Assembly (NCBI GenBank): GCA_021613535.1
Contig: CP075493.1
Location: 1,054,001 to 1,118,000, forward strand
DNA length: 64,000 nucleotides
Source: Adineta vaga
Taxonomy: Eukaryota > Animalia > Rotifera
Direction: 5' to 3'
Shown here: positions 44,672-56,496 of the stretch, piece by piece
Position numbering within the stretch: position 1 is the first letter of the stretch
How the letters are laid out: every line of letters starts with the position of its first letter
Program-made: the position numbers and the translations under genes
The notes under the pieces: model-generated
What the model was told of the DNA's origin: nothing
What the model saw: only the letters and a program-made list of their open reading frames with translations
The model's database searches: none

Positions 44672-45620
44672 TGATGAAGAGAAAGAGAAAAGAACAAACT
44701 CAGTCTACTGTAACGGTCATTCTCAATTGTCTCACTTAATGTCGAACGAAATTTTCTTTTTCATTTTCAAAATATCTTCGATCATATTGACCTTTAACAT
44801 TTGATTTAGTAAAAAATAATGTCCAATTCCTTCTCTAATAATCAAACAATTGATATTGAAAAACAAGATCAAATGAAATCGTCGAGTAATAAGTTCGAGG
44901 AAATCTTTTTTCATTTATTTAATCAATGTAAATATATTTAGATTCAACCAACATCCATGATTTAATTCCAAATTTATCTGGTTTTGAAGATAAACTACTG
45001 AATGTTCTTTGGGATTTAACTTTATCAAAAGGTCCTCATGCTGAACAAACGTTCAAAGGAACAGAATGGACACATGCTTTTAGTGCTTTTATTGCTCCTT
45101 CATTAACTGAACGAAGTAATGCTTGGCTTTCAACTCCAATTAGTCAATCAGTTCGTGAAGAACTTATTCGTGATCGACAAGAAGGAATACCAGATTTAAA
45201 TCAATCTGGTCGTCTTCCACCTGGTATTTATCATACAACATTTAATGAATTAATCACTCGTTTTGCAACAAATTCTTATCGAATAACATTAATTGAACAT
45301 CTTGATGTTACACTTCATGAATTACGTGATGCTGGTGTTCGTGAAATAATTATTGGTGGAAGTTTTATTTCATCAACAATTTATCCTGGTGATATTGATA
45401 TGGTTTATGTTCGTAATGGAAATATAAATCAAGAAGCATTAATTAATAGTTTATGGAAAGCACATAATGTTAATATTCATGTTTGGGCAGCTGATCGTGA
45501 ACATATGCCATTAACTGCAAGATTATTTGATCCAAATCGTTGTTTTAGTTTTTTACAATTTTTACGTACATATCAAGAAAAAGATAAACGACAAACGAAA
45601 TTTCCACGTGAACAAGTTGG
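44672..45620. repeat. Arm B of the inverted duplication (partner 27575-28524)
   Basis: tgatgaagagaaagagaaaagaacaaact at 44672 is the reverse complement of the sequence ending at 28524. Confidence 0.95.
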
Positions 45621-45687
45621 AGTTATACATCTTTCATTAGATGAACTTTCGGATTTTACTCTTAATGTTAAAACTCTAAACAAGTAG
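44819..45687 (+). CDS. Bacterial-type Pol-beta-superfamily nucleotidyltransferase (DUF6932-like), copy B, 2 exons
   Basis: ATG at 44819, exon 1 to 44885, intron 44886-44941 (phase 1), exon 2 open to TAG at 45687. GGSF-x8-DID motif. Confidence 0.8.
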
Positions 45688-45907
45688 CTTTATTTATAGG
45701 AAGTATATAGGAATGTTCGTATTTTTGTTTTTGTAGCATTTTGTTTCTAAAAGACACATGAAAAGAACGAGAGTAACAAACGATGTGACTGTACATAGAT
45801 TTTTCAATAAAACATTAAACTACCCTTTTGCGTAGAATAAAAATTTACTTTTCTCAGTAAATCAATATTTTTCCGAATATTATGATCAAAATATACGAAT
45901 GTATTCA

Positions 45908-48320
45908 TCAGAAAAAAGGTTTTGATCGAAATTGAATTGGAATTTCAGTAGCATTACCAGCAATCTCAGAAAAATATTTCTCTGCTTTTTCACCACTCAA
46001 TACATGTTGTGTTCCCCATTGTCGTTCGAGATCTTCTTTCTTAAAATCTTGTTTACTTTTCCATGTTGCACGTTGCATAAAAAAGTCATGATCCATTCGT
46101 GCAAGATGGATTAAAATCAAATTCGGATCTCTAAATTATAAACAAGCATTTTGATTGATAAAATCAAACTAAGAATCATAACTTACTGTTGAGTATCTTC
46201 TTTACAAGTATGAAAGCCTACGCTCCAGTGTAATGATTTACTTGTTAAGAGAGGTTTATTATAATCATTATCTGTAAACCAAAAACGTCTTTGTCGAATG
46301 ATCGATTCACTTAGATTAAGTTTCGGTTCTAACGTAACATTATGAAATAGATTATAACCTTTGGTACGAACAGTTTCATATTTGGTTTTTCTGATGTAAT
46401 CCATTAGACCTAACGGATATTTAAGTGGATCAGGTATAATAATTTCATCGATTTCACAAAATAAGACATATTTATAGCCAAGTAGAAGTAAATCACGAGT
46501 TTTAGCTTCAACAGTTTCGATAAGCCACAAATGATCAAAATATTTTTCGGAATGAACACGTTGAACATTAACAGTTAGATTCCATGTTGATCTATCATTA
46601 CTATCATTGTCCAATATATAAATATCCTTATCAGCAAAATATCGTCGATAATATCGTAACCAAATTGGTAAATATCCTGCTTCATTACGACTTATAGTAA
46701 GAACTGCATATGCATTTATCGATGTATTTACTCGATTTTGACGGCTAGGTTTAAATTGAAGTGTACGTTGCTGTGCTTGAGTCCATAGTTGAACCCAGAT
46801 TTCCATTGCTTGGGCTAATCGATCAAAATATACATGCAAATGAAGAAGTTGTGATCGGATTAGGTGAGCTAATTCTAAATAACAAGCTTCTGGGGTTTTA
46901 GCAGATGGTGAAAAACGTACACGTTGAAAGAATGCAATAATATCCTCTTGCCAAAAGAATCCCATATATTCTTTTTTCAGATTAGTAAATGGATTCGAAG
47001 CTTTATTATGATGAATATAGGGTGCTCCCGTTTTCACTCCAAAACCAAGATGATCTGCTACAACTTTACTAGCCCATCCAGCGAACATATCATCATATCG
47101 TCCCCAAGGCATACCAACACCCATGAGACCTTGCATAAAAGCGACACCAATCAATTTACGATTGAATGCTACATTCATTGAACACATGGGATAAAGAACA
47201 CCAGCTGGTACTGTAATAGTTATGTCAGCTAAAAGTCTATTTCGTTCATCAATTTTAAGCAGTTGAGTTGGTGCATCATAGTCTGGAGCATTAAGCCAAA
47301 TACCATGAGAGATGGCTGTAGGTACACCTCGTCGTAAACTAAATGGATAACCACGAACAAAATCTGAGCCCTCTCGATACGGATCATATAAAGTATTGAA
47401 AAAATAGGGTGTTGAATTGGTGACAAGATTTTGAATATGTCTCATTATGGCATCGATTTGTGCACCGCTTGCATTTCGAGCTGGTAAACAATCATCATCG
47501 ATCGAATAGATAAATGTTTTACTTGAAACGAGAAAACCAAAATTTCGAATCGATGCATCTTGTGAACTAATAATCCATGCTCGATGTTTACCTAATATTG
47601 ATTCAATATCTCGTCGATTGTACAATTCATAATCAGCCCATTCTGGTATTTTCAATAATTTATCTGGATCACCATCTTGGATGATAATCAGATGAAAATT
47701 TTCAAAGAATACTTTCCAAGATTCGAGAAAATCAAGATCCCGAATTGATGGTATGACAATATCGACTTCCTGATAATAATCGGCAATATCGAAAGGACGT
47801 GATTGACGATTAAAATGAAACTGATCAATACATTGAGGATGAACGAAATCTGATGTTGTTGGATTCCATCCACATTCTTTCTCCAGTTTCTCAACAGCTA
47901 AAAAGGTCATAAACTATTCATTCTTTTTTAAAGTAAGGGTTTATACTTACTTGATCGAAAAATATATAGATCGCTGATTTTTAATTCTGTCGGTTAAAAA
48001 AGAACTGTTTTATACATACCCAATGCAGCCCCATAGTACGAAAGAGCATCACTATTAACACCACCGTATTTCGTTGTTAGAAGTGAACGAATAGCTGCAG
48101 GTATACCAGGTCCAGTAGTACCTGGTATACTGTTAACATCTTTAAAAGAATCCAAAGTTGAAGAGGTAGACAGTTTCTTCAAATAATCAGGTACAGAATG
48201 TGTTTCGACAATAAATGGTCCAGTAAACGTACGGTAGTAGTTTCTAGATTGTAGAAAGGTATACAATATGAATACACAGACTAAACCGATAATAAAGTAA
48301 TAAATCAATCGTTTGTACAT
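45908..48320 (-). CDS. Type II membrane RGP/UDP-arabinopyranose mutase (GT75) domain fused to a GT2/GT-A-like domain
   Basis: TM anchor [23 protein letters not shown] motifs [51 protein letters not shown] and [13 protein letters not shown]. Second domain [21 protein letters not shown] and CEIDEII. Introns at ~48019-47898 and 46186-46131. Confidence 0.9.
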
Positions 48321-49467
48321 ATTTATTTGTAGTATGACATTTGCCACAATTTGAGATGCTCTATGCGACATATATTGTTTCATCTGCAAATAAAGTGTAT
48401 ACTCTGCTGCCACGCGAAACTTATAAGTTTACATTCCTTATTACTTTCTCTTTGCGATTCGAAAACGAAAAGAAAATGTGTTGCTATTCAAATAAAAAAA
48501 AGAGACTGACGACATAAAATAAAACATGCATCGAAAAAGAAATACGAACATCGATTATTTTGGTGAAGCAAAAAAATGAGCGATAAATTTTTATACAATC
48601 AAAAAATAATATTTGTCCAAATTCAATAAATCACGAGCTCTTCGGGACTTCTAAATACAAAGCCCGACTACAAATGACTACAGCGCAACAAAATCGTCAA
48701 ATATTCAGACAATTCATGAACATCAACAAATCCACAGAAATCAAACGATTAGCTAAACGAATGCACAAAATAAAATCATACAAAGGGTTAAGCAATTTTC
48801 TCTCCTCCTATTATTAACAAAGAGAAAAACTTGTCTATTCGAAAGTACTCAGACAACAAACTTCTCTTTTTGTCATACTGCTAATGTGGACTTGTTTTTT
48901 ATTAGTAACATCGTATTTTTATCTATTGATAGTAATAGTAGTTGATTAATTACAAAAAAAACGAATTCCATGAAAAAAGTCATTTCCACTGAAAGTATCC
49001 GATACATATAGTTAAAAATAGAAATTAGCGAAATACACAATCTTCTACTTATTCTTTCTGTTTTCGAATCTTTTCAAGGATTTTTCATTGTTGTTTACAT
49101 ACTTCTTTGACGTTTCATTTAATAAAAAAGACAGGAGAGTGCCAATTATTAAGAATATTTCATATGTATGTAGAAAACTGTGCATGATATGTGTTAGTGT
49201 TCAGATTACTATGTTAAAGTCATCGAACTATGTATATGATGTTTAATCCAATCTAATGATATTAGTCAAGGCTGTTTTTATCCAAACAAAGTCTCTTTTA
49301 ATCAGCAAGATTTATCGATATAGATTCTAGAGAAATGAATGAATGAATTAGGATTAAGATTATCCTCCAAAGTAGTTTACAGTCAACATCGTCTTCAGAG
49401 AAAAAGCGACACTTTTCCCATCAACTTCATTCATTTTCTGTTTTTCAATCTGTCTGAATGTACACTA

Positions 49468-49859
49468 TGTCTACAGTGGGGCTCGCAGTGTAGATGTATA
49501 TCCTGTTGTTGAGATATTGTATCTTTCGCATACTACAATAATTCACTACCGTGGTTTCCCTCAGGAACATCGGAAAAATTCACCTTCGAATTTTGATTTG
49601 TAACTTTGAGTTTATTTTCTGTTTCTATTGAAACGTGCGATTAAGACAACTTAAGGTCACTTACAGAAGTTGGTATTGATACTCTTATGTACACCTAGGA
49701 TCATCCAACAAAGTTTCAGAACGATATTCGACGATGAGTTTTTTCGATATTCCTGAGGAAGATCATAGCAGTGAATTATTTTAATATGCTAAAGATACAA
49801 TATCTCAACAATAACAACAACAGGGTATCCATCTACACTGTGAGCCCTACTTGTAGACA
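49468..49859. mobile_element. MITE/foldback element with ~115-bp imperfect terminal inverted repeats
   Basis: tgtctacagtggggctcgcagtgtagatg...gagatattgtatcttt...cctcaggaacatcggaaaaa pairs with ttttcgatattcctgagg...aaagatacaatatctc...catctacactgtgagccctacttgtagaca. Confidence 0.85.
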
Positions 49860-50044
49860 ATATATGAACTCAAACGGAGGCTGACACCTGGTGAGGTTTC
49901 CTTATGAGTCAAAAGTTCAATTTGACGTTGAAATGCGTTGTATTATTATATGTCAAATGCATTCTGTTCCTTTTGTATTTGACATTTTGAAAATATAATC
50001 ACTTAGTGAATCTCGTTACTGACGTAGTTTTCATTAGAAAAGCA

Positions 50045-50962
50045 ATGGCCAACGTATCGACGTCTGATCTAACAGTTATTTTCAGCAATATTACATGGTC
50101 TGTTAATTATATTATCTTACCAATTTGTTTTCTTATGGGAAATTTTGGCAATTGCTTAAATTTAATAATATTTTTTCAGCGAATATCACGATCAAATTCT
50201 TGTCTGCTTTACTTTTTCTCAGCATCAGTTGTGAATATATTCATATTAAATTTTGGTCTTACTCTTCGTATACTTCGCGGTACATGGAGTATCGCTCCAG
50301 CTTTAAAATCTTTGCTATTCTGTCGTTTTCGTACTTATGCAAACAGTACATTTTTCTTAATTTATCGTTTATCTATTTTACTTGCTAGTGTTGATCGAAT
50401 GTGTGCCAGTTCAAGAAATGTACAAATACGTCAAATAAGTCAACCTAAAGTGGCATATCGTGCAATTATTTTCAAATGGATATTTTGTTTATTTTATTTT
50501 ATATCAATTCTATTATTTCGAACTATTATTTATGGTCAATGTTTAATGCCACCCAATACTATTTATGAAAGTTATGCAACAATATCTGCACTTGCTCAAG
50601 CATTACTTATTCCATTGGGAATGTAATTATGTGGTTTTACTACTTATACATATTTAAGATCTACACAATTACGAATAATACCAATTAATAATGAGATATA
50701 GAATGATCAGCGAATAATTACTCAATATATAAGAATGTTAGTCATTCAAATGATCACTGATTTTCTATGTAATATATTATATTCAGTTTATTTAATTTAT
50801 AATCTTATTTTACCATTACCACAAAATGCTCGAATAACAGCTATCAGTTCATTTCTAATTAATATGTCATTTACATTACCGTATGTTAATTTTAGTTCTG
50901 CATTTTATTTACACCCTCCCTCATGTTGCAAATTTGATACTGAAAACCAAAACTTGAAATAA
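50045..50962 (+). pseudogene. GPCR pseudogene with two in-frame stops and a truncated C-terminus
   Basis: GNFGN and ASVDRM motifs. In-frame TAA at 50624 and TAG at ~50699. Homology ends after SAFYL at ~50910. Confidence 0.8.
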
Positions 50963-51017
50963 GTTTTCTTGTTCTCAATTTGATGTATTCTCACTTTAAA
51001 AGATTGCTCTTTCATCG

Positions 51018-51984
51018 CTAAGTATTGAACATGTGTAATACATGATCGATAGGTGCTACTTGATTTTGTCGCAACAGAGATCCCAAATTGAATAATATTT
51101 GTCTAAAAATCGATCGAATTTCGTTTGATCGATTCATATAGATATAGAAATCGACAGCATTGCCGAAAAAGAAACACATACGACCAGTTTGTACAATGAT
51201 ACTATCTAGTGCCATCCATTGAGAATCTTTTTGCCAACGAGCTGTAATCGTTGAGTAAGCAAATTGTGCAGTATAGGGTAAAAAAGAAATAATTATGACA
51301 AGAGCTTGTGTGAGAATCATACGAATAAATTGTTTTTGTAATCGCATTGTACGACGATGAATATGCAAACGAGTGACATGAACATAACTTTGATATCCGA
51401 AGAAGCAAAGTAATAATATAGGAGTGAACAGAACTAAACATGGAAGAAAAAAGTATCCATGATAATTTATAAGTATTTCACCAACTATAAAACATTGCCA
51501 GACATTTCCCACTAACATAATATTATTCCAAATACCATAGGGAATACTAAGTAAAGCCCAAACAATGAGATTAATCAATATGAGAAGACGAGCTCGTTTA
51601 ACACTACTCCATTGACTGATTGAGACATGTTGTGATGTTGTTGCCCATATATCAAAAGTTATTAAACATTTGGAATAAAGAGAAGCTTGCGTTGAAAATA
51701 TTGAAATATAATTACGCAATATACAGATGAATCGAGATGTGAAAAGATAAGGCCAAACAGATCCTGTGACAGCTATTTGAATTATTAAAATAAAACTAAG
51801 AATTAATAATATCAAGAATAGATTGAATTAAAATGTATTGAGAAGAAGATATTTTTCTTAGTCGTCGATTCGAAAAGATCAATAGATTAGCCAATGCACC
51901 AAAAACACCAAAAATAACCAAACAAAGACCAACAATAATAGTCAACCATTGTGAAATCGAGATGAACAATGCCGAAGAAGACAT
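51018..51984 (-). pseudogene. GPCR with a single 1-nt frameshift near 51800 (pseudogene or assembly indel)
   Basis: ORFs 51796..51984 and 51018..51815 become one 7TM protein if one T is removed (..ILDIIN/LSFILIIQ..). Confidence 0.7.
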
Positions 51985-52964
51985 TAATAATCAAAATAAA
52001 CAATTTTTTGAAAACGTTTTTTTCTTTTACAAAATATCTCTTTAGAAATCGATCCAATGAATATTAAGTTGCTTTCGAATAAGACAATTGAAGACAAACT
52101 TTACCAAATATTAAATTTGAAAAGATATATATATAAATGAGGATGAAAAAAAAGTTAGTCTGTATGATAAATTTTTTTAATATAGAAGAAAAAGTTATCA
52201 TAAAAAAAACTCATGAATATTTAGTGCATTTTAATATCCGGATTCTTTACAGAAATATTCAAGGATATACGTCATCCGTAGATTATGAGAACTATAAATT
52301 ACGTTTATTTAATATTTTTTCTTCGTTCTAAGACATCACGACTTTTACTCAAATATACGATTCTAATAAACTACTTATATTCACGAAAATACGGTTTCTT
52401 ACTACATGAATCTTAGAGTAAGACTAAAAATATCAAGTTTTAGTAAAAATCTCGAAGATGGGCAACTCAAACTATTTTTTTTTGACTTGAATCAATCTAT
52501 TAGACACATCAGATTATAATTTTGATTTAGCTGCACAAAATATTGATGATTATCTGTTATAATCTGAAACTTTTCACGAGAAAGTCAAATCAGAAGTAAA
52601 ATATGAAAATTAGACCTGATTATGTTCTTGATGCATCTATTTTTTGTAGAATTAGTACTAAATATCGATGTCGAAACGAAAATGAAGAGATACATTGATA
52701 TACTGCGCAAAAATATTAATGAATGGAAGTTATATAGCAGTTTGTAATATGAAACATATCAAATAAAGTTAAAAAAACGTTGACTTGACTTGCCCGTTTC
52801 TATGGAAACTATATACATTTGTTCTTATTGAAAAACACGACAGCGAGTGTTTGATAAAAGAAAAGATAACCTTTTTTTTTTGACTAACTTGAATTGAATT
52901 AAAAAGAAAGAAAGATTATTTGAGTTGTGCATCATATTTTGTTTTTCTCTCCTTTTTTCAAACA

Positions 52965-53537
52965 ATGACAAATTCAGATACGATATATCAAATGAAAAAA
53001 GAAAATCCTATCAATTTAATTGGTACTAAAGCTATTCTACGTTCATGGCGATTTGAAGACAAATCATCATTACTTCAACATGCAAATAATTACAAAATTG
53101 CAATTAATTTACGAAATCAATTTCCTTATCCGTATACAGAGCAGAATGCTGATGAATGGCTTGATTTTGTTAGCAATTTAACTTCAACTAGCAATCTATA
53201 TTTAGCTATTGAAGTGAAGAATCAAGCAGTGGGTAGTATGGCAATTACATTTGGTAAAGATGTACACCGTTGTACAGCTGAATTGGGTTATTGGTTGGGT
53301 GAATCGTATTGGAATTGTGGAATAATGAGTGAAGCAGTGATATTGCTCAGAAATTATGCATTTGATCATTTTCCAAATTTACAACGATTGTATGCTGAAC
53401 CTTTTAGTACAAATTTGGGTTCGATGAAAGTTTTAGAAAAAGCTCAATTTGAATTTGAAGGACGATTAAGAAAATCAGTAATTAATCGAGATGGAAAAAT
53501 TTTAGATCAACATTTATATGCTTTTATCAGAAAATGA
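52965..53537 (+). CDS. GNAT N-acetyltransferase, RimJ/RimL-type, intronless
   Basis: LRNQFPYPYTEQNADEW, AELGYWLGESYWNCGIMSEAV and NLGSMKVLEKAQFEFEG. Confidence 0.9.
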   Translation: MTNSDTIYQMKKENPINLIGTKAILRSWRFEDKSSLLQHANNYKIAINLRNQFPYPYTEQNADEWLDFVSNLTSTSNLYLAIEVKNQAVGSMAITFGKDVHRCTAELGYWLGESYWNCGIMSEAVILLRNYAFDHFPNLQRLYAEPFSTNLGSMKVLEKAQFEFEGRLRKSVINRDGKILDQHLYAFIRK

Positions 53538-54654
53538 AATTTTGTTTTGTTATATCAAAAAAATCTTCGTAGAGGTGATGGCAAATAAAAATATGTTTTG
53601 TAATAATGAGATATTTATTATGCTTTTGAATATGATTTCTTCATCAGAATCGCTCGTTTATTTCCATTGCTCTCAACTATTTGTTTGTTTTAACTGTAAT
53701 TCCACAGAAATATAAACGATAATATTAATCAAACAGATTTTAACCATTGTCGAATTTTCTCATCTAACTAATCTCATGATCTCTTCTCAATTCTCCTTTT
53801 CTCGAATAATCTCGTCTTATCGAACTGTATAATTTCATCACTCATCACATTCTCTAATTTTATTTCTCAAAAAAGAAGTACCGATAACGATGGTAATTTT
53901 AATACTTATTATATTGAAGCAAATTTATCTACTATATTTGTAATAGAAGGAACAAATTGCTGTACTCGCGAATAGAACACTGTTTTCAAAATGAATCGCA
54001 TATTAAAAGAGATCTGTGGCATACTTTTAAATGATAAAAACTACTAACTAGTCTCAGATATGAGAGTCCATTTCTTTTTCAAATCATTTTATAAAACAAT
54101 ATTCATATACGATCATAATTTCACTAAAGTTCAGTCTATCGTTTTATTAGTCTTTTTTCTAGCATAGAGAAAAAAAATAAATACAAACACATTAGACAAG
54201 AGATAGAATTTTTTTCAAGGCAATTGCTCCTGGTAAAAAATGTTAATCATGACATTTTTCGCGCATCTCAAATCTGTGTGATTCTATCATAAGCAACCGA
54301 GAAAAATGCGAACAAAATAATGTATGTACCCAGTATCAAATTTTACCTTGAAATGAAGAGAAAGTACAATATTTAATCTTTATAGAGTTTCTTGTGGATG
54401 TTTATTAGAAAAATGAAACAATATATAAGAATATCGCACTACTGTTGCTTCTTACACGAATATAATGCATTCACATTTTTTCTATTATTGATATTAGGAA
54501 TGAATAAAAGTATAGGTGATATATGCCAAAAGATTCTCGTCCTTCTTTATATGATCATAATTCAACTGTAATATCTGTACTTTAATAGGTATTAAATTAT
54601 TGTATTATGTTCCGTTATTTTATTTTTAATGTTCAATTTTAGAATAACATAAAA

Positions 54655-55638
54655 ATGCGAACAGCACGCACAGTTTTTCTCTTTATTGGCCCATTAATGT
54701 TCGTAGGTTTGTATTGGATCTATTCACGTAATTGGAACGCTAATGATTCTGACTCAAAATCACGCGATTTAACATGTTATCGTCATACTTGTTCGAAACA
54801 TGGTACTTGTTTAATAGGTAAATGTTTTTGTCAATCTGGTTATGATGGAATCGATTGTGAAAAGATATTACAACAAAGAAAAATAAAATCATGTATAAAA
54901 AATAATGATGATACGTGTTTTATTCATCCACTATATGGTATTGGAGAAGTACCTGTTGAACGATGGAAAATGGCCGTTACTAAAGAAAGATCAGTTTGGA
55001 ATACACAACATCATGATCGTTGGCATGATCATTTGGCTGGATTTCATAATTATGAAATGTTACCAAATGAATTAGGCGATATGGTTGAAGTTGGTTGTGG
55101 TCCATTTACTCAAACATTATCAATTCTTCGTCTTAAAAATAAACAAGTAAATATAAAGAAATTAACTCTTTGGGATCCAAATGCGAAAGATTATATGAAA
55201 CGAGTAAAACATTGTTCTTACAAAAATGGTACATTAAGAGGTTTTGATTTCATACCAACAACAATTGTTTCAGCACCGTCTGAAGAAATGAACATATATA
55301 TCAATGCATTTGATACTATACTTATAATTAATGTACTCGAACATGTACAAAATGCATTTCAAATATTACAGAATATATATAATTCATTAAGACCCAATGG
55401 TATCTTAATTTTTGGTGAACGATGGTGGGATTATCTTTATGTGAATGAAAAGTATCATGTTGAAACAATACATCCAATTCGTATTAAGTATTACGTATGG
55501 AAATGGTTTACAGATCATTTTGAACCAATTTATGATGAAAGAAATCATCGATCTTATTTAAAATATGGTCATAATGGAAGTTATTTTATTGGAAGAAAAT
55601 CAAAAATATTTATTTCTACAAGTAGAAAGATTATCTAA
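54655..55638 (+). CDS. Type II membrane protein with one EGF-like domain and a class I SAM methyltransferase domain
   Basis: TM near the N-terminus, CSKHGTCLIGKCFCQSGYDGIDC, VEVGCGP, FDTILIINVLEHV and LRPNGILIFGE. Confidence 0.85.
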   Translation: MRTARTVFLFIGPLMFVGLYWIYSRNWNANDSDSKSRDLTCYRHTCSKHGTCLIGKCFCQSGYDGIDCEKILQQRKIKSCIKNNDDTCFIHPLYGIGEVPVERWKMAVTKERSVWNTQHHDRWHDHLAGFHNYEMLPNELGDMVEVGCGPFTQTLSILRLKNKQVNIKKLTLWDPNAKDYMKRVKHCSYKNGTLRGFDFIPTTIVSAPSEEMNIYINAFDTILIINVLEHVQNAFQILQNIYNSLRPNGILIFGERWWDYLYVNEKYHVETIHPIRIKYYVWKWFTDHFEPIYDERNHRSYLKYGHNGSYFIGRKSKIFISTSRKII

Positions 55639-56496
55639 GTCTGACATAATCGACAACTGAAGTAGTGTCTTTAGCAACTTGTTTTTATGAATGATGTTTC
55701 AGTTTCTATAACTAAAATATAATGAATTGTTCTGATTTGCTTTTAGAAAACTTTTCAAAAAAACACATCAAGATTTTATCATTTTCTAAAGTGGAGATAT
55801 GTGAATATCGATTGTTCTTTCGACAGTCATCGTAAACGATTCTTTGATTATATGTAAGAACATGATCATTTGAAGTCATACAATTTTTTTCAACCTGAAG
55901 AGAGTGATGCTTTTGATGGATTTAATGTCGAAATCATGCAAAACATGATAACGTTTTTTATATTATGAAAATCAGGAGTACATTCTCCTGTATACTTACA
56001 GTCGAGATTTTATTGCCGCTATATAATACTTTTATCAGAGATCAATAAAAGATTAGATTTCAGCTGATTATATAAAGTTACACAAATGCTGGTTATATTA
56101 CAGATTTTTCAAATTAAGCTCTACCGGTAAGTTCAATAATGCCCTTTTCTGACCATCAATATGTAGACAAGAATACAGGCGATGAGATGTAGTTTCAGAA
56201 TTTTGTAGGTTTCATGAACATTATGCAAACTTTTACAATTTTCATTTGAACGTATGTATTCTTGAAACTTTAAAGAATAAAAATATGTATTGATGCAGAT
56301 TTTATTCAAAAATTGATAAACTATTACTTGAGATTCTATTCTATTTTTTTTGACTCGTCATTTATCCATGAGCTGTCAAGTGTATCACTGATTATATAGC
56401 TATTAAGAATGTTTTCTTTATAACTTTGTAATATAACTAGATTTAGTGTCGATATTATCAAATCAATTCAATATACGGCTAACTCATTCATTGGCT

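Noticed and set aside
48640-48800. A-rich stretch resembling a retroelement ORF fragment (similar one at ~16800-16990)
   Set aside because: No RT or endonuclease motif could be identified with confidence.
50624-50701. Stop-codon reassignment or readthrough
   Set aside because: In-frame stops are confined to genes with other lesions, and intact genes end normally at TAA, TAG or TGA.
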